Assembly: GCF_001194135.2 (NCBI RefSeq)
Contig: NC_068989.1
Span: 96,488,991-96,552,990, forward strand
Direction: 5' to 3'
Length of the DNA stretch: 64,000 nucleotides
Source of the DNA: Octopus bimaculoides
Taxonomy: Eukaryota
The translations under genes were made by a program, and so were the position numbers. This document shows positions 37,086 to 49,605 of the stretch, in pieces (the first letter of the stretch is position 1; each line of letters begins with the position of its first letter). The notes under the pieces were generated by a model, which was not told where the DNA came from, did not search any database, and saw only the letters and a program-made list of their open reading frames with translations.

Positions 37086-38414
37086 ACACACACTTACATA
37101 CACATATACATACATACATACATATGTATGTATGCAGAGGACATGCGAAGGTTAGAGAGGAATGAAGCTAGTATTTATGGGCCACTTGCACGGAAGCCAG
37201 ACAGCTGCTCTGGCAATGAACACGCTCGGACAGTGCTGTTAGTGCTCCACTGGCACAGGTGACATGCTATTGTTTAAGTATTGGGTATTTTCCTAGTGGT
37301 TAGCTGCTAAAGTGTGTTCACTACCTATGGCTACCTGACGCAATCAATGGTATTTACACAATTGTCACTGCATCTACCTCAGGAATTCCTCAGTGTTTGT
37401 CAAGTGTATAACAAATGATAGAGATGGGAAATGGAATATACAAGAAACTTTATTTCTCACTACGATCGGTTTGACCCATCCTGCATCAGTGGATGGAATA
37501 CTGTACAAATGGTTGTGGTGCACCCCTCTGTGTAGGAGTGTCTCATCAGCTGATTTTTACAAAGGGGTGTCTCATTAAATAAACCCTGTTTCACTCAGTT
37601 CTAATACAGCATGTTCTTAGTGGCCATGGATTTAAGCTCTTGGGTAGGAATGGCAAGGGACAAGATTCCGTTGCAATGTTATAAATGGTTATCTTCATGT
37701 ATTTAGGAGTAAATCAATGCCAGGGAGTAAAGAAGAAAAATAAGAAAATAAAAAAAATAAAACCTACAATAAAGTAAAAAATTATATGCATAAGTAGGCA
37801 TGGAGATGCTTCCGTCCCTAGAAAGACTGTTTATGAAAGTCATGTAAAATGTAATTAGATACTAACGACATTTGATAAAGTTTTAATTGTTATTGATTTA
37901 TAACAAATGCCTTAAATTATTTGAGTGTGTTTGGGTGGGAGGGTAGGGTTGAGTCTGTTGATCTACATGACTGCAGTATTTGATTGATACATATTTTCTC
38001 AACCCCAGGAGTATGAAATGCAAAACTGACATCAGCAGGATTTGATCACAGAAAGAAATAAAATGGAAGTTGCAAAACACTTGATATTCTTTCTCTGTAA
38101 CAATTGAAAGTAGATACTTATGGAATATGGTCTGAATGTCATAAGAATCTGTAGCTAAAAAATAAAAAACGAATTTTAACAAGAAGGTTTGGCTTGACTT
38201 CAGGAACATTACTTATGTTTTCACTCTCAGAGATCAGTGAAAACCTGAAGAGGTTTCACTTTGCCAAAACTTTGATCTACGTCGTTAAAGCAAGTGGAAC
38301 TACATTCCAAGAAAGAAAACCAAATTTCAAGTAGCTCAGGTCTGTTGCAATTGAATGAAGGATATTTGTTCAAGAGAATACTCACTCTGATAATTATTTC
38401 CTTGATTGTCAATG

Positions 38415-38595
38415 GCATGTTTGGTCATGAGATCAAGTTCAGTTTGCAACCACAGAGACCCACGTTCTATCAAGCTGCGCAAAACAATTTTGAGATCAAT
38501 GAAATAAGTACCAGGGGTGATGTAATCAACTAGCCTCTCCCCCAAAATTTCAGGCCTTCTGCCGATAGAAAAAGGATTGTTATTATTATTATTAT
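38415..38595 (+). mobile_element. SINE fragment (TAT-tail family)
   Basis: AATAAGTACCAGGGGTGATGTAATCAACTAGCCTCTCCCCCAAAATTTCAGGCC..GAAAAAGGATTG(TTA)n. Confidence 0.7.
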
Positions 38596-39562
38596 TGTTG
38601 TTTGTTATTTTTTCCCACCTCTTTTCTGTAGAACCATTATGCAAAAGCATCTAAGATAATTGAAACAAAAATTTTTTTAAATCAATTTTTGGAAGAATTT
38701 CTTTTCTTTTCTTTAGTGGAATTTTGATTTTTGTTTTTTTTTTCTTTTGCATCCACACTAACTTTGAATTCTTTAACCATTCTAACCAATCTGTAAGAAA
38801 TGAAACCAGGAAGTATTTCTAAATGATCGTTGGAACAATTTCAATGATATCTTTTATTGACCATGATTTCCATCAGAACAAATTGATTGAAAGAAGAAAA
38901 TTAAGCATTTCTAAAATATTTCATTGAAAACTTTCACTTTTGTAATCAATGTCAATTTTGAGGAATTGAAGTAATTTTCAGTTTTAATCACCAAAAAAAA
39001 GTTTCCTTTTTTTTAAAAATTTAAATTTAAAATGAAAATTTTTCAAGAAATAACAATTTCAAGAAGAAATATATCTCCTTGTTGTTGTCATTGTTTTTGC
39101 TGCTGTGTCATCGTCATCATCATCATCATCATCATCATCGTTGTTGTTGTTGTTGTTGTTGTTGTTGTTGCTTATGCTGTTACTCTTGCTGTTGTTGTTG
39201 TCTCACTTCAATTTAAGAAGTTTAATTCTTTTGTCTAACTGAATTTCCTGAGCCACTTATTGCCTCTAGCTGTGCTGGTGGCAATGGTGGTGGCGGTGGC
39301 AGTGGTGGTGGTGGCGGTGGCAGCGGTGGTGGTGGTGGCAGTGGCGGTGGTGTACTGTGAATGACTTTTGAGAATCTTAAATACTATTATTTAGATGAAT
39401 AATTTTCATTTCTAAACAATACTGCGAACAGTGAACCACTAATTTGTATTTACTCTGACTTGTTCGTTACTATTTTGGACCTGATTAAAATGAATGGAAA
39501 TGTTGACTTTTGTTGTGATGGTATCATCATCATCATCATAATCTTTATTAGGAACAGTTCCT

Positions 39563-39770
39563 CAGGTGGTGAAATGGCAGAATCATTCACAACTCAGACA
39601 AAATGTTTAGTGGAATTCTTATGTTTTGAGTTCAAATTCCATTGAGATTAACTTTGCCTATCATCCTTTTCAGATTAAAAAAAAAAAAAGTACCAGTTGA
39701 ATGTTGGGGTTGATGTAATCAACTTCACCTCAAAATTGCCGGTCTTGTGCCAAAAATTAGAAAGAATTAT
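39563..39770 (+). mobile_element. tRNA SINE (TAT-tail family)
   Basis: TGGCAGAATC...GAGTTCAAATTCC..GATTAACTTTGCCTATCATCC...GTACCAG..GGGGTTGATGTAATCAAC. Confidence 0.75.
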
Positions 39771-39974
39771 TAAAAGGCTCTCTGCACAATTCTTTTTTGC
39801 TGTTTGGTGCATGTGTCTTTGGTTCGGTGTTCTGTGACTGGATGCCGGCTTTGTTAGGTGGTTCAGGAGTTTTGTTTGTAACTGGATGGCTTTCGGTTCA
39901 ATCCTATTGTATCATATCTTGAAAAAGTGCCTGCCTCAGGTCGACTGTGTGTTGAGGCCTATTTTATGTGTGTG

Positions 39975-40330
39975 TGTGTGTGTGTGCATGCGTATGTGTG
40001 TGCCTATGTAAAATGGTAAAGGGTAAAAGATACCCTTCGGTCATGAATGACCACAAGATTGCACGTAAAAAGTTCCCTGCCAAGGCACAAGTCCAGGCAA
40101 GGCTGTTTATGGAAGACCAACAGTTGGCCAGGCATACTGGGCACCCCTCCTCTCCATGCAATCGATGTTGTCCCAGAGAAAGGCAAAGGGGCCGATACAG
40201 CTTGGCAACTCATTTCTACAACTGAGGGAACTGAAGCAACATGAAATAAAGTGTCTTGCTCAAGAACACAACACACAACCCAGTCAGGGAATTGAACTCA
40301 CTACCTCATGACTGTGAGCCTGACACTCTA
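39975..40330 (-). mobile_element. SINE sharing the 16166-family head with a different body
   Basis: GCAACATGAAATAAAGTGTCTTGCTCAAGAACAC...GGAATTGAACTCAC is the reverse of the CORE-like and B-box segments. Confidence 0.6.
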
Positions 40331-40413
40331 CTGAGCCATATGCCATGTATATTTATGTGTGTGTGTGTGTGAGGTATATATACCAGTAAGCACAGATACA
40401 AACATGAAATTAT

Positions 40414-40469
<56 letters not shown>

Positions 40470-43042
40470 CCACAGATATATCAGGGTAGTGTTGATGTTC
40501 CTTCTTCCCCCTTCATTGTCACTGCCCCCTCTCTTCTCTCCCCTCTCTCCTTCTTAGTCCCAGATAATTTCTCATTAAGTATAACTATAACCAAAGACAT
40601 TCAGCCTCTGTCCATCCCATCTCAGCATATCTGGGATCATCCAGTCTAGTCTATCTTTCCTCTCCTTTAATTTGAAGATGGTTTTGCCTGACTTGAGGGC
40701 TATTTAGCTATCCTTCCTAGCAGGTTAAAAGGATCACATGGAGTGTCTTTTATTGGCTTTTGAGGGACTTGTTTGTGTGTTTTGTCTGTAAAATTTGGTG
40801 GTTTTCTATTGCATTTGAGAACAGATTACTTAATTCTGCATCACATTGTCATCCCTTTAGCTGATGGAAATAATTTGAAGGTTGTTGTGGTAGGCTTTGA
40901 TAGTTATGTTCCATGATAACAATGATGATGATGATGCCAAACATTTTCTAAGGGTGTTTTGTACTGGAGGCATCCAAATTTCTTTACTTCCTAGATATAA
41001 GTATCTATCTACTGTATAATTTTTATATTGAATTGATAGATACCTGCTGTCAAACTCGGTGTCTTTTTCAGCTGATTTGTAGCAGAAATCTGCTTGAATA
41101 CTTGTTTATGTAACTGTTTTGAAAATTGTGCTTATTTATAAATTTCAAACTCTTTATCCTTTCATATATTGATTTATCTTCCTCTTCGGAAATAGAACTA
41201 CTTATAAGTGCTATCATCAGAAAACCAGTTTGTATAGAAAAGATCCTCAGAATAAAAACATATAATGCTACCAGCCTTTCCTTTTATCTTTTTTTTTTTC
41301 CCCAAATATTGATATAGAAAAGTCTTCTGCCGACCTTCTTTTTGTGCTGAATATCAAATATAACTAATATATATTTTGATAGAAATCATAAAATGTTTCT
41401 TATTCAAGCCATTGGTAATGTTTTTACAATGCAAAGGAATTATTATCCCCTGCCCTATTTCAGGGGAACTTTATTTCAATGAATCCATTTTACATCATCT
41501 TCGCAATCATTTTATGACAAAGGCTACAGTACTTGGCTATTTCTATACAAAGAATGCAAATTCTCTCATTATCCATATATTTATTGAGCATTTCAATCTT
41601 CAATTTACTTTTCACAAAAATAGACTTTCTCAATTCCTTATTTGTTGTTTCCATCTGTCATCTCGGTACCATAATATTTTATGACTCTTACCTAATATAT
41701 ATATTTCTCTGTTTGTTCAATTAAATATCACTCAAAATAACTTGGTGAAATTGACCAATTTTAAAATAACTCCACTCTTTAATTTCATCCTCTTTATCTG
41801 AGATATTGCTTTCTTTACAACTTGTTTGTTTATTTCATAGAACTTCTTTTTTTTTGTTTTCTTATTTTCCATGCTTATTATTACTATCATTGTCATCCAC
41901 ATCATCATCACCATCATTCGCATCATTTTTAATTTCAGTATATCCTATTAAAAATTGACACAAAATAAATTTCCAAAGTATAATAACATCTAACACATCC
42001 CTTAGACTTTCTCCAGCTTATTCACACTTCTTTTCCTATTTAAACAGATTTTTAATGTGTTTATTTACAATCTATTCTTGACAATCAAATTCTATTAGAA
42101 ATAAAAATAAAACTTCCAAATCTTGTCTTTTGCTTTCAGCTATATTTTTGCCTCATTAACATTTGTTAAAAATGGATTTTGGAAATGGAAGTTTATGAAA
42201 CAAAACAAACAGTAAACAAAAATGAAATGAGAGAGAGAGAGAGAGAGAGGGAGGGATGTAAATAAGACTACTGAAGTGAGGTCATTATTTCTGCTAAAAA
42301 GAATTCAAATCATACAGTTCAATAGAAATTGGATGCCAGCTTCTAAGTCAATACATCCGAGTTAAGAGAAAAATGAAAATTGAACAACAAACAGAAAATT
42401 ATAGTTGAGCATCTGAAACCAGTTGTTTGTGATTTTGGAACTCAATTTTCTTGTCAACCCATTCTTTATCATTCCTTTGCAATTTGATATATATACATAT
42501 ATGTATCTATATATAAACACACACACACATCTATTTGTATAGATATATTTATATTATTTAAACTATGCACTTCCTTTCTCTCCACCTTTCTCTCTCTTAT
42601 TTATTTCTTATTTATTTCAATCTATGTTATTACTTTACAACTTTCATGCATATATTTATGTATTTATTTGACCTTTTAGCTGGGGAAAAAGAAAAAAAGA
42701 AATATCAAGTTTGGTTTAAATTTTTGTGAAAAACTAATTATCTATAATAGAACCAGTTGTTGTTTGTAATCATGAAAGATATAAAGATTTTATTTATTCA
42801 AAGCTTTACTTACACATTTTTCAAACAAAAGAGAAGAAAAATGGCTTTGAATTTATTTGGAAATTTTTTTCTTTTTCTTTTTATTTCAGCATTTTTTTTT
42901 TTTTTGTTCTTTGTTTATCATCTTATGTAATGGAAATCAACAAAATCTCCTTCGGTATCTTGTTGAATATTTGATTGGATAAACTAATTCCGCACCTGTG
43001 AACAGCAATGATGTTCTTGGTATTGTTGTTGTTGTCTGCTTG

Positions 43043-43085
<43 letters not shown>

Positions 43086-43262
43086 TGTATGCTCTGTTCA
43101 GTCATGTATGTGTAAAACCTTCAAAGAATAACTACTTTCAAACTTCAGTTCAGTTCTACCTCACATATACTGCACATACACACACTCACACACAAACGTC
43201 TATGTAGATATGTATGTAAATACATATATTTAGATGTGTATGGAATTGTGGGTATGTAGGTG

Positions 43263-43322
<60 letters not shown>

Positions 43323-43634
43323 TACATACATACATACATACATACATGAGTTTATCTTTACAAATATATATATGGATAATGGGTGTAGCATACTTCTAAT
43401 ATGCCACTCCACTGTGAATCACCACATTTCATACATATTAAATACTATATTGAAGCATATGTCTCTATGTGCATTTCTGCATGTGGTGCATTTGTAAATA
43501 TATTCTTGTGTGTGTGTTTGTGGTTATATGTGCATAGTGTATGTTGAACCTCAAACCACATTCAAAGTTCCATGCAGTTAAACAGTTAACTTACATATGG
43601 AAGTAACAAACTGTAATTATCTCTGTAAATCTAA

Positions 43635-43689
<55 letters not shown>

Positions 43690-43730
43690 CATATATATAA
43701 TGTATGTATAGATATATATATATATATATA

Positions 43731-43797
43731 TCATCATCATCATCATCATCGTTTAACGTCCGCTTTCCATGCTAGCATGGGTTGGACGATTTGACTG
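43731..43797 (-). mobile_element. Young RTE 3' end truncated by gap
   Basis: (CAT)n CGTTTAACGTCCGCTTTCCATGCTAGCATGGGTTGGACGATTTGACTG. Confidence 0.9.
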
Positions 43798-43919
43798 NNN
43801 NNNNNNNCCACGTTGTATGATGCTATATCCCCTTCTATTTCGTTAAATGCTTCAAGTAACTTGTCTCTAAGTCTCTGTCCGTTTGCAGGGTCTTGTATAC
43901 ATCCATATTTATATTTATG

Positions 43920-43957
<38 letters not shown>

Positions 43958-43996
43958 CATATATATATATTTATATTGATGCATATAATATGTATA

Positions 43997-44943
43997 TTAT
44001 CATCATCATCATTGTTTAACGTCCGTTTTCCATGCTGGCATGGGTTGGACATGAGGTCTGGAGATCCAGCATCTGCACCAAGCTCCAACCTCATCTGGCA
44101 ATGTTTCTACAGCTGGATGCCCTTCCTAACGCCAACCACTCAGAGAGTGTAGTCGGTGCTTTTTATGTGCCACTGGCACAGGAGCCAGTCAATGGGTACT
44201 GGCATTCATCACGATTGGTTACTGCTTTTTACATACCACTGGCACGAGAGCCAGTCAGGCGGACCTGGCATCGAGCACATACAGATGGTGCTTTTTATAT
44301 GACACCAGCATGGGAGCCAGCCAGGGGCACCAGCCCCAGCTACGATATTGGTTTTACCTTTCTCAACAGGTCTTCTCAAGCATATCATATTGCCTGATAC
44401 ATCAGGAATATTCTTAACAGGACCAGACATGCGTGGCTGCGATTTCACTTTAGTTGCCGGGCCTTCTCAATCACAGCATATCTCCAAAGGTCCCGGTCTC
44501 CTGTCATTGCCTTTATGAGGCATAATGTTTGAAGGTCATGCTAACCACCTCATCCCATGTCTTCTTGGGTCTACCTCTTCCACAGGTTCCTTCTACAGTT
44601 AGGGAATGGCACTTCCTCACACAGCTGTCTTCATTCAGACGTAACACACAACCATACTAGCGCAGATGCCTCTCTTGCACACCACATTTGATGCTTCTTA
44701 TGCCCAGCTTTTCTCTCAGGGCGCTTACACTCTGTTGTATATGCACACTGACATTACACATCCAACGGATCATACTAAGTCAATTTCTTTGAAGCCTGTG
44801 CATGTCCTCAGCATTCATGGCCCATGTTTCACTGCTATGTAGCATGGCAAATTGTACACATGCATCATACAGTCTAGCTTTCATCCTGATCAAGAGGCCC
44901 TTACTTGCCAGCAGAGATAGGAGCTCCTTTTTAAAAGTTGCCA
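43997..44943 (-). mobile_element. RTE LINE 3' portion: ORF2 C-terminus plus complete 3' UTR and (ATG)n tail
   Basis: ATFKKELLSLLASKGLLIRMKARLYDACVQFAMLHSSETWAMNAEDMHRLQRN*LSMIRWMCNVSV...LREKLGIRSIKCG...MTGDRDLWRYAVIEKARQLK*, followed by the UTR shared with the many short copies. Confidence 0.92.
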
Positions 44944-44944
44944 G

Positions 44945-45337
44945 ATATTTCATCTATAAAGTTTGTAAGGCTTTAGAGACTGAAGATGGAAACTTATCAC
45001 CAGTATCAAAGCATAAAAAGCATTCCAAATGCTCTGAAATCATGAGAACACCTGAATTTATCCAGCAAGTTCAACAGAGCATTGATTACAATCCCAGAAA
45101 GTTCACGAGGTCAATTGCAAAAGACCTCCATGTGTCAGAAGGAACAGTCAGGAATATTGTCCACAAAGACATCAGATATAAGTCTTATATGATGAGGAAA
45201 AGTCAATTTGTCCAAAACAAGCAAAAGAAAATCACATCAGATCTAAAAGGTTCTTGAACAAACTGAAAAATGCAGTAGAAGATTTGATTTGGTTTTTCTC
45301 AAACGAGAAAAACTTCATCCAAGATCAAGAAGTTAAC
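44945..45337 (+). mobile_element. IS630-Tc1-mariner transposase N-terminal fragment (HTH to first catalytic Asp), maT/DD37D-like
   Basis: RTPEFIQQVQQSIDYNPRKFTRSIAKDLHVSEGTVRNIVHKDIRYKSYMMRK and LNKLKN..IWFFSNEKNFIQDQEVN (FSDEKxF motif with D to N); frameshifted; runs into the gap. Confidence 0.85.
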
Positions 45338-46340
45338 NNNNNNNNNNNNNNNNNNNNNNNNNNNNNNNNNNNNNNNNNNNNNNNNNNNNNNNNNNNNNNN
45401 NNNNNNNNNNNNNNNNNNNNNNNNNNNNNNNNNNNNNNNNNNNNNNNNNNNNNNNNNNNNNNNNNNNNNNNNNNNNNNNNNNNNNNNNNNNNNNNNNNNN
45501 NNNNNNNNNNNNNNNNNNNNNNNNNNNNNNNNNNNNNNNNNNNNNNNNNNNNNNNNNNNNNNNNNNNNNNNNNNNNNNNNNNNNNNNNNNNNNNNNNNNN
45601 NNNNNNNNNNNNNNNNNNNNNNNNNNNNNNNNNNNNNNNNNNNNNNNNNNNNNNNNNNNNNNNNNNNNNNNNNNNNNNNNNNNNNNNNNNNNNNNNNNNN
45701 NNNNNNNNNNNNNNNNNNNNNNNNNNNNNNNNNNNNNNNNNNNNNNNNNNNNNNNNNNNNNNNNNNNNNNNNNNNNNNNNNNNNNNNNNNNNNNNNNNNN
45801 NNNNNNNNNNNNNNNNNNNNNNNNNNNNNNNNNNNNNNNNNNNNNNNNNNNNNNNNNNNNNNNNNNNNNNNNNNNNNNNNNNNNNNNNNNNNNNNNNNNN
45901 NNNNNNNNNNNNNNNNNNNNNNNNNNNNNNNNNNNNNNNNNNNNNNNNNNNNNNNNNNNNNNNNNNNNNNNNNNNNNNNNNNNNNNNNNNNNNNNNNNNN
46001 NNNNNNNNNNNNNNNNNNNNNNNNNNNNNNNNNNNNNNNNNNNNNNNNNNNNNNNNNNNNNNNNNNNNNNNNNNNNNNNNNNNNNNNNNNNNNNNNNNNN
46101 NNNNNNNNNNNNNNNNNNNNNNNNNNNNNNNNNNNNNNNNNNNNNNNNNNNNNNNNNNNNNNNNNNNNNNNNNNNNNNNNNNNNNNNNNNNNNNNNNNNN
46201 NNNNNNNNNNNNNNNNNNNNNNNNNNNNNNNNNNNNNNNNNNNNNNNNNNNNNNNNNNNNNNNNNNNNNNNNNNNNNNNNNNNNNNNNNNTATATATATA
46301 TATATATATATATATATGTTTCCCTATTACCCCCACCCCT

Positions 46341-46625
46341 ATGGATGTATCACAATGTACACGTGCTTTTCTAAATGGAAACCTTACCTGTTACTGTGGT
46401 TTTGTAGCACAAAGCAAAGCAAGACCTTGCCATCCATTGCGGAAAGCACAAGGCGAATGATCCCCAAACACTCAAGCAAACTGAGTTCTCAGATTGTTCC
46501 ATTTGCCAAAATGTTTGCAAGGCACCAACAGGCCTCAAGAGACACATTCTTCGTGTCCATAGAACATAATTAACCCTTTATTTTCCTGAACCCTCATTTT
46601 TCGTTCACGACAAGAGAATCCGTCA
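46341..46625 (+). mobile_element. Probable RTE-type LINE 3' end with C2H2-like zinc fingers
   Basis: TCYCGFVAQSKA / LAIH-RK.H (frameshifted), then DCSICQNVCKAPTGLKRHILRVHRT* (stop 46567-46569), with a short UTR-like tail. Confidence 0.55.
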
Positions 46626-46639
46626 TACATGTATGTCTA

Positions 46640-46903
46640 TAACTGTGTGTGAGTTTGTTTGTGTCCTTGTTTTGGTATCACTTGAGATTTGTTAGTTTTA
46701 CTGTCATACAAGCATGTTATTTATTTCCAATATTCTGTGAGATCATGTCTGGCCTTGGGGAAATATTGCCTTGCTTGGAAACGACTGAGGGTTGGTGACA
46801 GAAAAGGCACCAGGCCATACGAAACTCCTTCAGATAAACCGTGTCTGACCCATGAAAACATGGAAAAGTGGACATTAATATGATGATGATGATGACAATA
46901 ATG
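46640..46903 (+). mobile_element. SINE with RTE-type tail
   Basis: GTGTCCTTGTTTTGG...CATGTCTGGCCTTGGGGAAATATTGCCTTGCTTGGAAAC..GAGGGTTGGTGACAGAAAAGGCA...GACCCATGAAAACATGGAAAAGTGGACATTAATATGATGATG. Confidence 0.8.
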
Positions 46904-47604
46904 GGGAACAATAAAATAAGCAGAAGAGTTACAAAAGACTAAAATAAAAGAAATACCCCAAAGTAAATATTATCAGATGTTACCCTTCAGGGCAGTGCTC
47001 CAGTATGTCCACAGTCCGGTGACTGAAACAAGTAGATGAGTCAAAGATTCAATGAATAATTCAAACAGTATTGCAACTTGTTACATATCGACCTCCTCAG
47101 ATAACCCACTTCTGGTGTTCAGCTTTGTTTCAATTGCTTTATATTTTAATATAATATTTCCCAAACATCAGTTTATATTACCAAAGCTGTTTACAAAATG
47201 TGCAACACATTCGAAAGCACATACATAATTATCCACTTAAAATACAACAACATTAACAAATACTAACACCAGTTGAGCTTTCTTGAGCCATTTAGAAAAT
47301 AAAAATAAAAAATCTAGAATTTAAATGAACAAATATATAAAAGTTAAGTAACACTTTAAAAAAAAAAATTGTATTTCCATTTCTTGGATTATATTGGATT
47401 ATAAATCTTCAGTAAATCCTTCTCTAAGACTATTTATTACTTTATAAATATTGTGTTGTTTGATGAAATGTGAGTTTTGATGCCGGGAAGATTATCATTC
47501 AAAATAAACGAAACTTGCTTTTCTTTTTTCCCCTGTTCTCATTCTTGTTTCATTTATAATTTGTTTATTTTACCATTATTTTTATAAATTTATATACATG
47601 TGTG

Positions 47605-47645
<41 letters not shown>

Positions 47646-48326
47646 TTATGTGCATTTCGTTGGTATTTCCCATGAGATTACAAGTCAAAATCTCTATCTT
47701 ATGAAAGTCTCCTGTTGTTTTTACAACGATGGGATTAAGAATTTCAACTGGTCAGATAATTAATATTTATCTACTTAGACTTAATTGACCTCCAAATTTG
47801 ATAGATCAAATGTTCTATTTGCAATAATTTATGAGGTCACCACTTTTATGAAATCTCTTTTCACTTCTTTGCACTAGATGTCTTCAGTTTTTCTCTCCAA
47901 GAAGAAATTATTCTTGAGATTGTTTATTTAGTTCAAACAACACAATTTATTTCATATGACAACGCATGATCAGAATTTCTAAGTTGTTTGTCTATAATTT
48001 CCAAGTCTTTTATTTATCTATTTGTTTATTCATTTTTGTAGTTCTGTGAAAGAACTTTGCCAATTGACACCTTTCACTTGCTTTTTTCTTTCCTATTCTG
48101 ACAGAAGAAAAAAAATTTAAAAAATTGTTTATTTACTTCAGAATTGTTTGTTTACTTTTGTATCAATTTCTAAAAGCATAACTGCAAGCTGTTGTTGCTG
48201 GACAAAAAAAAAAAAAAAAAAATAAGAAAAAATGCCAGTCAGAAAAAAAATAACTGTAAGAGATTAATAAACCTCATAGATTATCGAAGTTAATCCTCAA
48301 ATCTAGGCTTTCAATGATGCTATAAA

Positions 48327-48358
<32 letters not shown>

Positions 48359-48359
48359 A

Positions 48360-48545
48360 TAATAATAATAATAATGGTTTCAAATTTTGACACAAGGCCA
48401 GCAAGTCTGGTGGCAGTAACTCCCAGTACTTGACTGGTACTTTATTTTACCAACCTCAAAAGTATAAAAGGTTATGTCAAACCTTGGTGGAATTTGAACT
48501 CAAAACAAACAGATGAATGAAATGCCACTAAACATTTCGCTAAGC
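48360..48545 (-). mobile_element. tRNA SINE (TAT-tail family)
   Basis: (AAT)n GGTTTCAAATTTTGACACAAGGCC...GACTGGTACTTTATTTT...GGAATTTGAACTCA. Confidence 0.75.
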
Positions 48546-48549
48546 TCTC

Positions 48550-48900
48550 TCAGGCCATGGCCTTTTATAGTCCCTCAGTGGCTGATAATCTGTGCATCTG
48601 AAATCTTGAACAGGAGTTGTGGAAGAGCATCATGGCCCTGTGTTGAGAGGAATTCTTTGGGGTTTGGATAATTCACCACTGGGAACATGGGCGTTTCATC
48701 CATCATCTTTAAACGAACCTGCCCTGTTTATCTTGGTATGAGTTCACCATGTCACACACAAATGGCCATGGTGCTTGTGCTTGTTGCACCCTTGTTGCAC
48801 CCTTGTCACACAGGCAGTCATGAGCGGGGTATACGGGGCTTCATATATCTGTAGCCCAGTGTCACTTCGATGGCAAGCATTGCTCTCACTCAATAACAAT
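48550..48900 (+). mobile_element. AAT-tail SINE-like element with internal deletion
   Basis: GTGGCTGATAATCTGTGCATC...GTTGAGAGGAATTCTTTGGGGTTTGGATAATTCACC...CAGTGTCACTTCGATGGCAAGCATTGCTCTCACTCAATAAC; matches the reverse of 8670-9060. Confidence 0.8.
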
Positions 48901-48929
48901 ACCTCTGCTTCGCTAAGGCAGAGGTAATA

Positions 48930-49210
48930 ATAATGATGAAGACATTAACTGTCATCCCAGTAGTTGTAGGGGCATTGGGAGCATTAACAGACAGATTTGG
49001 GAAACTTAGGATTGACATGAGGGTGGAACATACTCAGAAAACTGCTTTGTTGGGGACAGCAAGGAATTGGTGCTCAGGTGTTAAGTATTATGGAAGGGGA
49101 TCCTTTGAAATCCTTGACAATAGTTTGTTGTCTGCTCTTTGAGAATTAGCTGAAGGAAGAGAAATCAAGACTCTGAGAGGTGAAATGGAAATAATAATAA
49201 TAATAATAAT
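48930..49210 (+). mobile_element. R4/Dong LINE 3' end
   Basis: MKTLTVIPVVVGALGALTDRFGKLRIDMRVEHTQKTALLGTAR; (AAT)n tail at about 49190-49210. Confidence 0.85.
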
Positions 49211-49214
49211 CTGA

Positions 49215-49305
49215 CAGGTAGTCATGATGGGGGCATATTGGGCTTTGTATATTTGTAGCCTAGTGTCACTTTGATGGCAGGCACTGCTCTCTCACTCACT
49301 AATAA
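49215..49305 (+). mobile_element. 3' end of AAT-tail SINE-like element
   Basis: CTGACAGGTAGTCATGATGGGG...GTGTCACTTTGATGGCAGGCACTGCTCTCTCACTCACTAATAA. Confidence 0.8.
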
Positions 49306-49314
49306 ATACAAAAT

Positions 49315-49605
49315 AGCCCAGCTATGGAAAATGAAGAAGGTGAAGATTGTGTCACTTATTGCTGGGCCCTTAAGGGCAGCATCAGAAGGCTTCAAGAGGA
49401 ATATAAAGGAAATCAGAATAAAGTGCTTAGTAGAGCTGTTACAAAAGGTTTGCCTCCTTGGCACAGCCAGAATAATCAGTAAAGTATTTGGCAGTTAAGA
49501 ACAGATAACATGGTATTGTAGGCTGCTGATAGCAAGCCTGTGATGCATACAACACACCCGGAGTTCCAACAAAAATCTGTTAAAAGGGATAAAATAATAA
49601 TGACT
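49315..49605 (+). mobile_element. R4/Dong LINE 3' end (same family as 9741-10965)
   Basis: LWKMKKVKIVSLIAGPL...LLQKVCLLGTARIISKVFGS*; UTR matches the reverse of 9750-9850. Confidence 0.88.

Noticed and set aside
45254-46573. 439-aa and 345-aa ORFs
   Set aside because: Mostly translated Ns; the real parts belong to a transposase fragment and an unrelated zinc-finger fragment in another frame.
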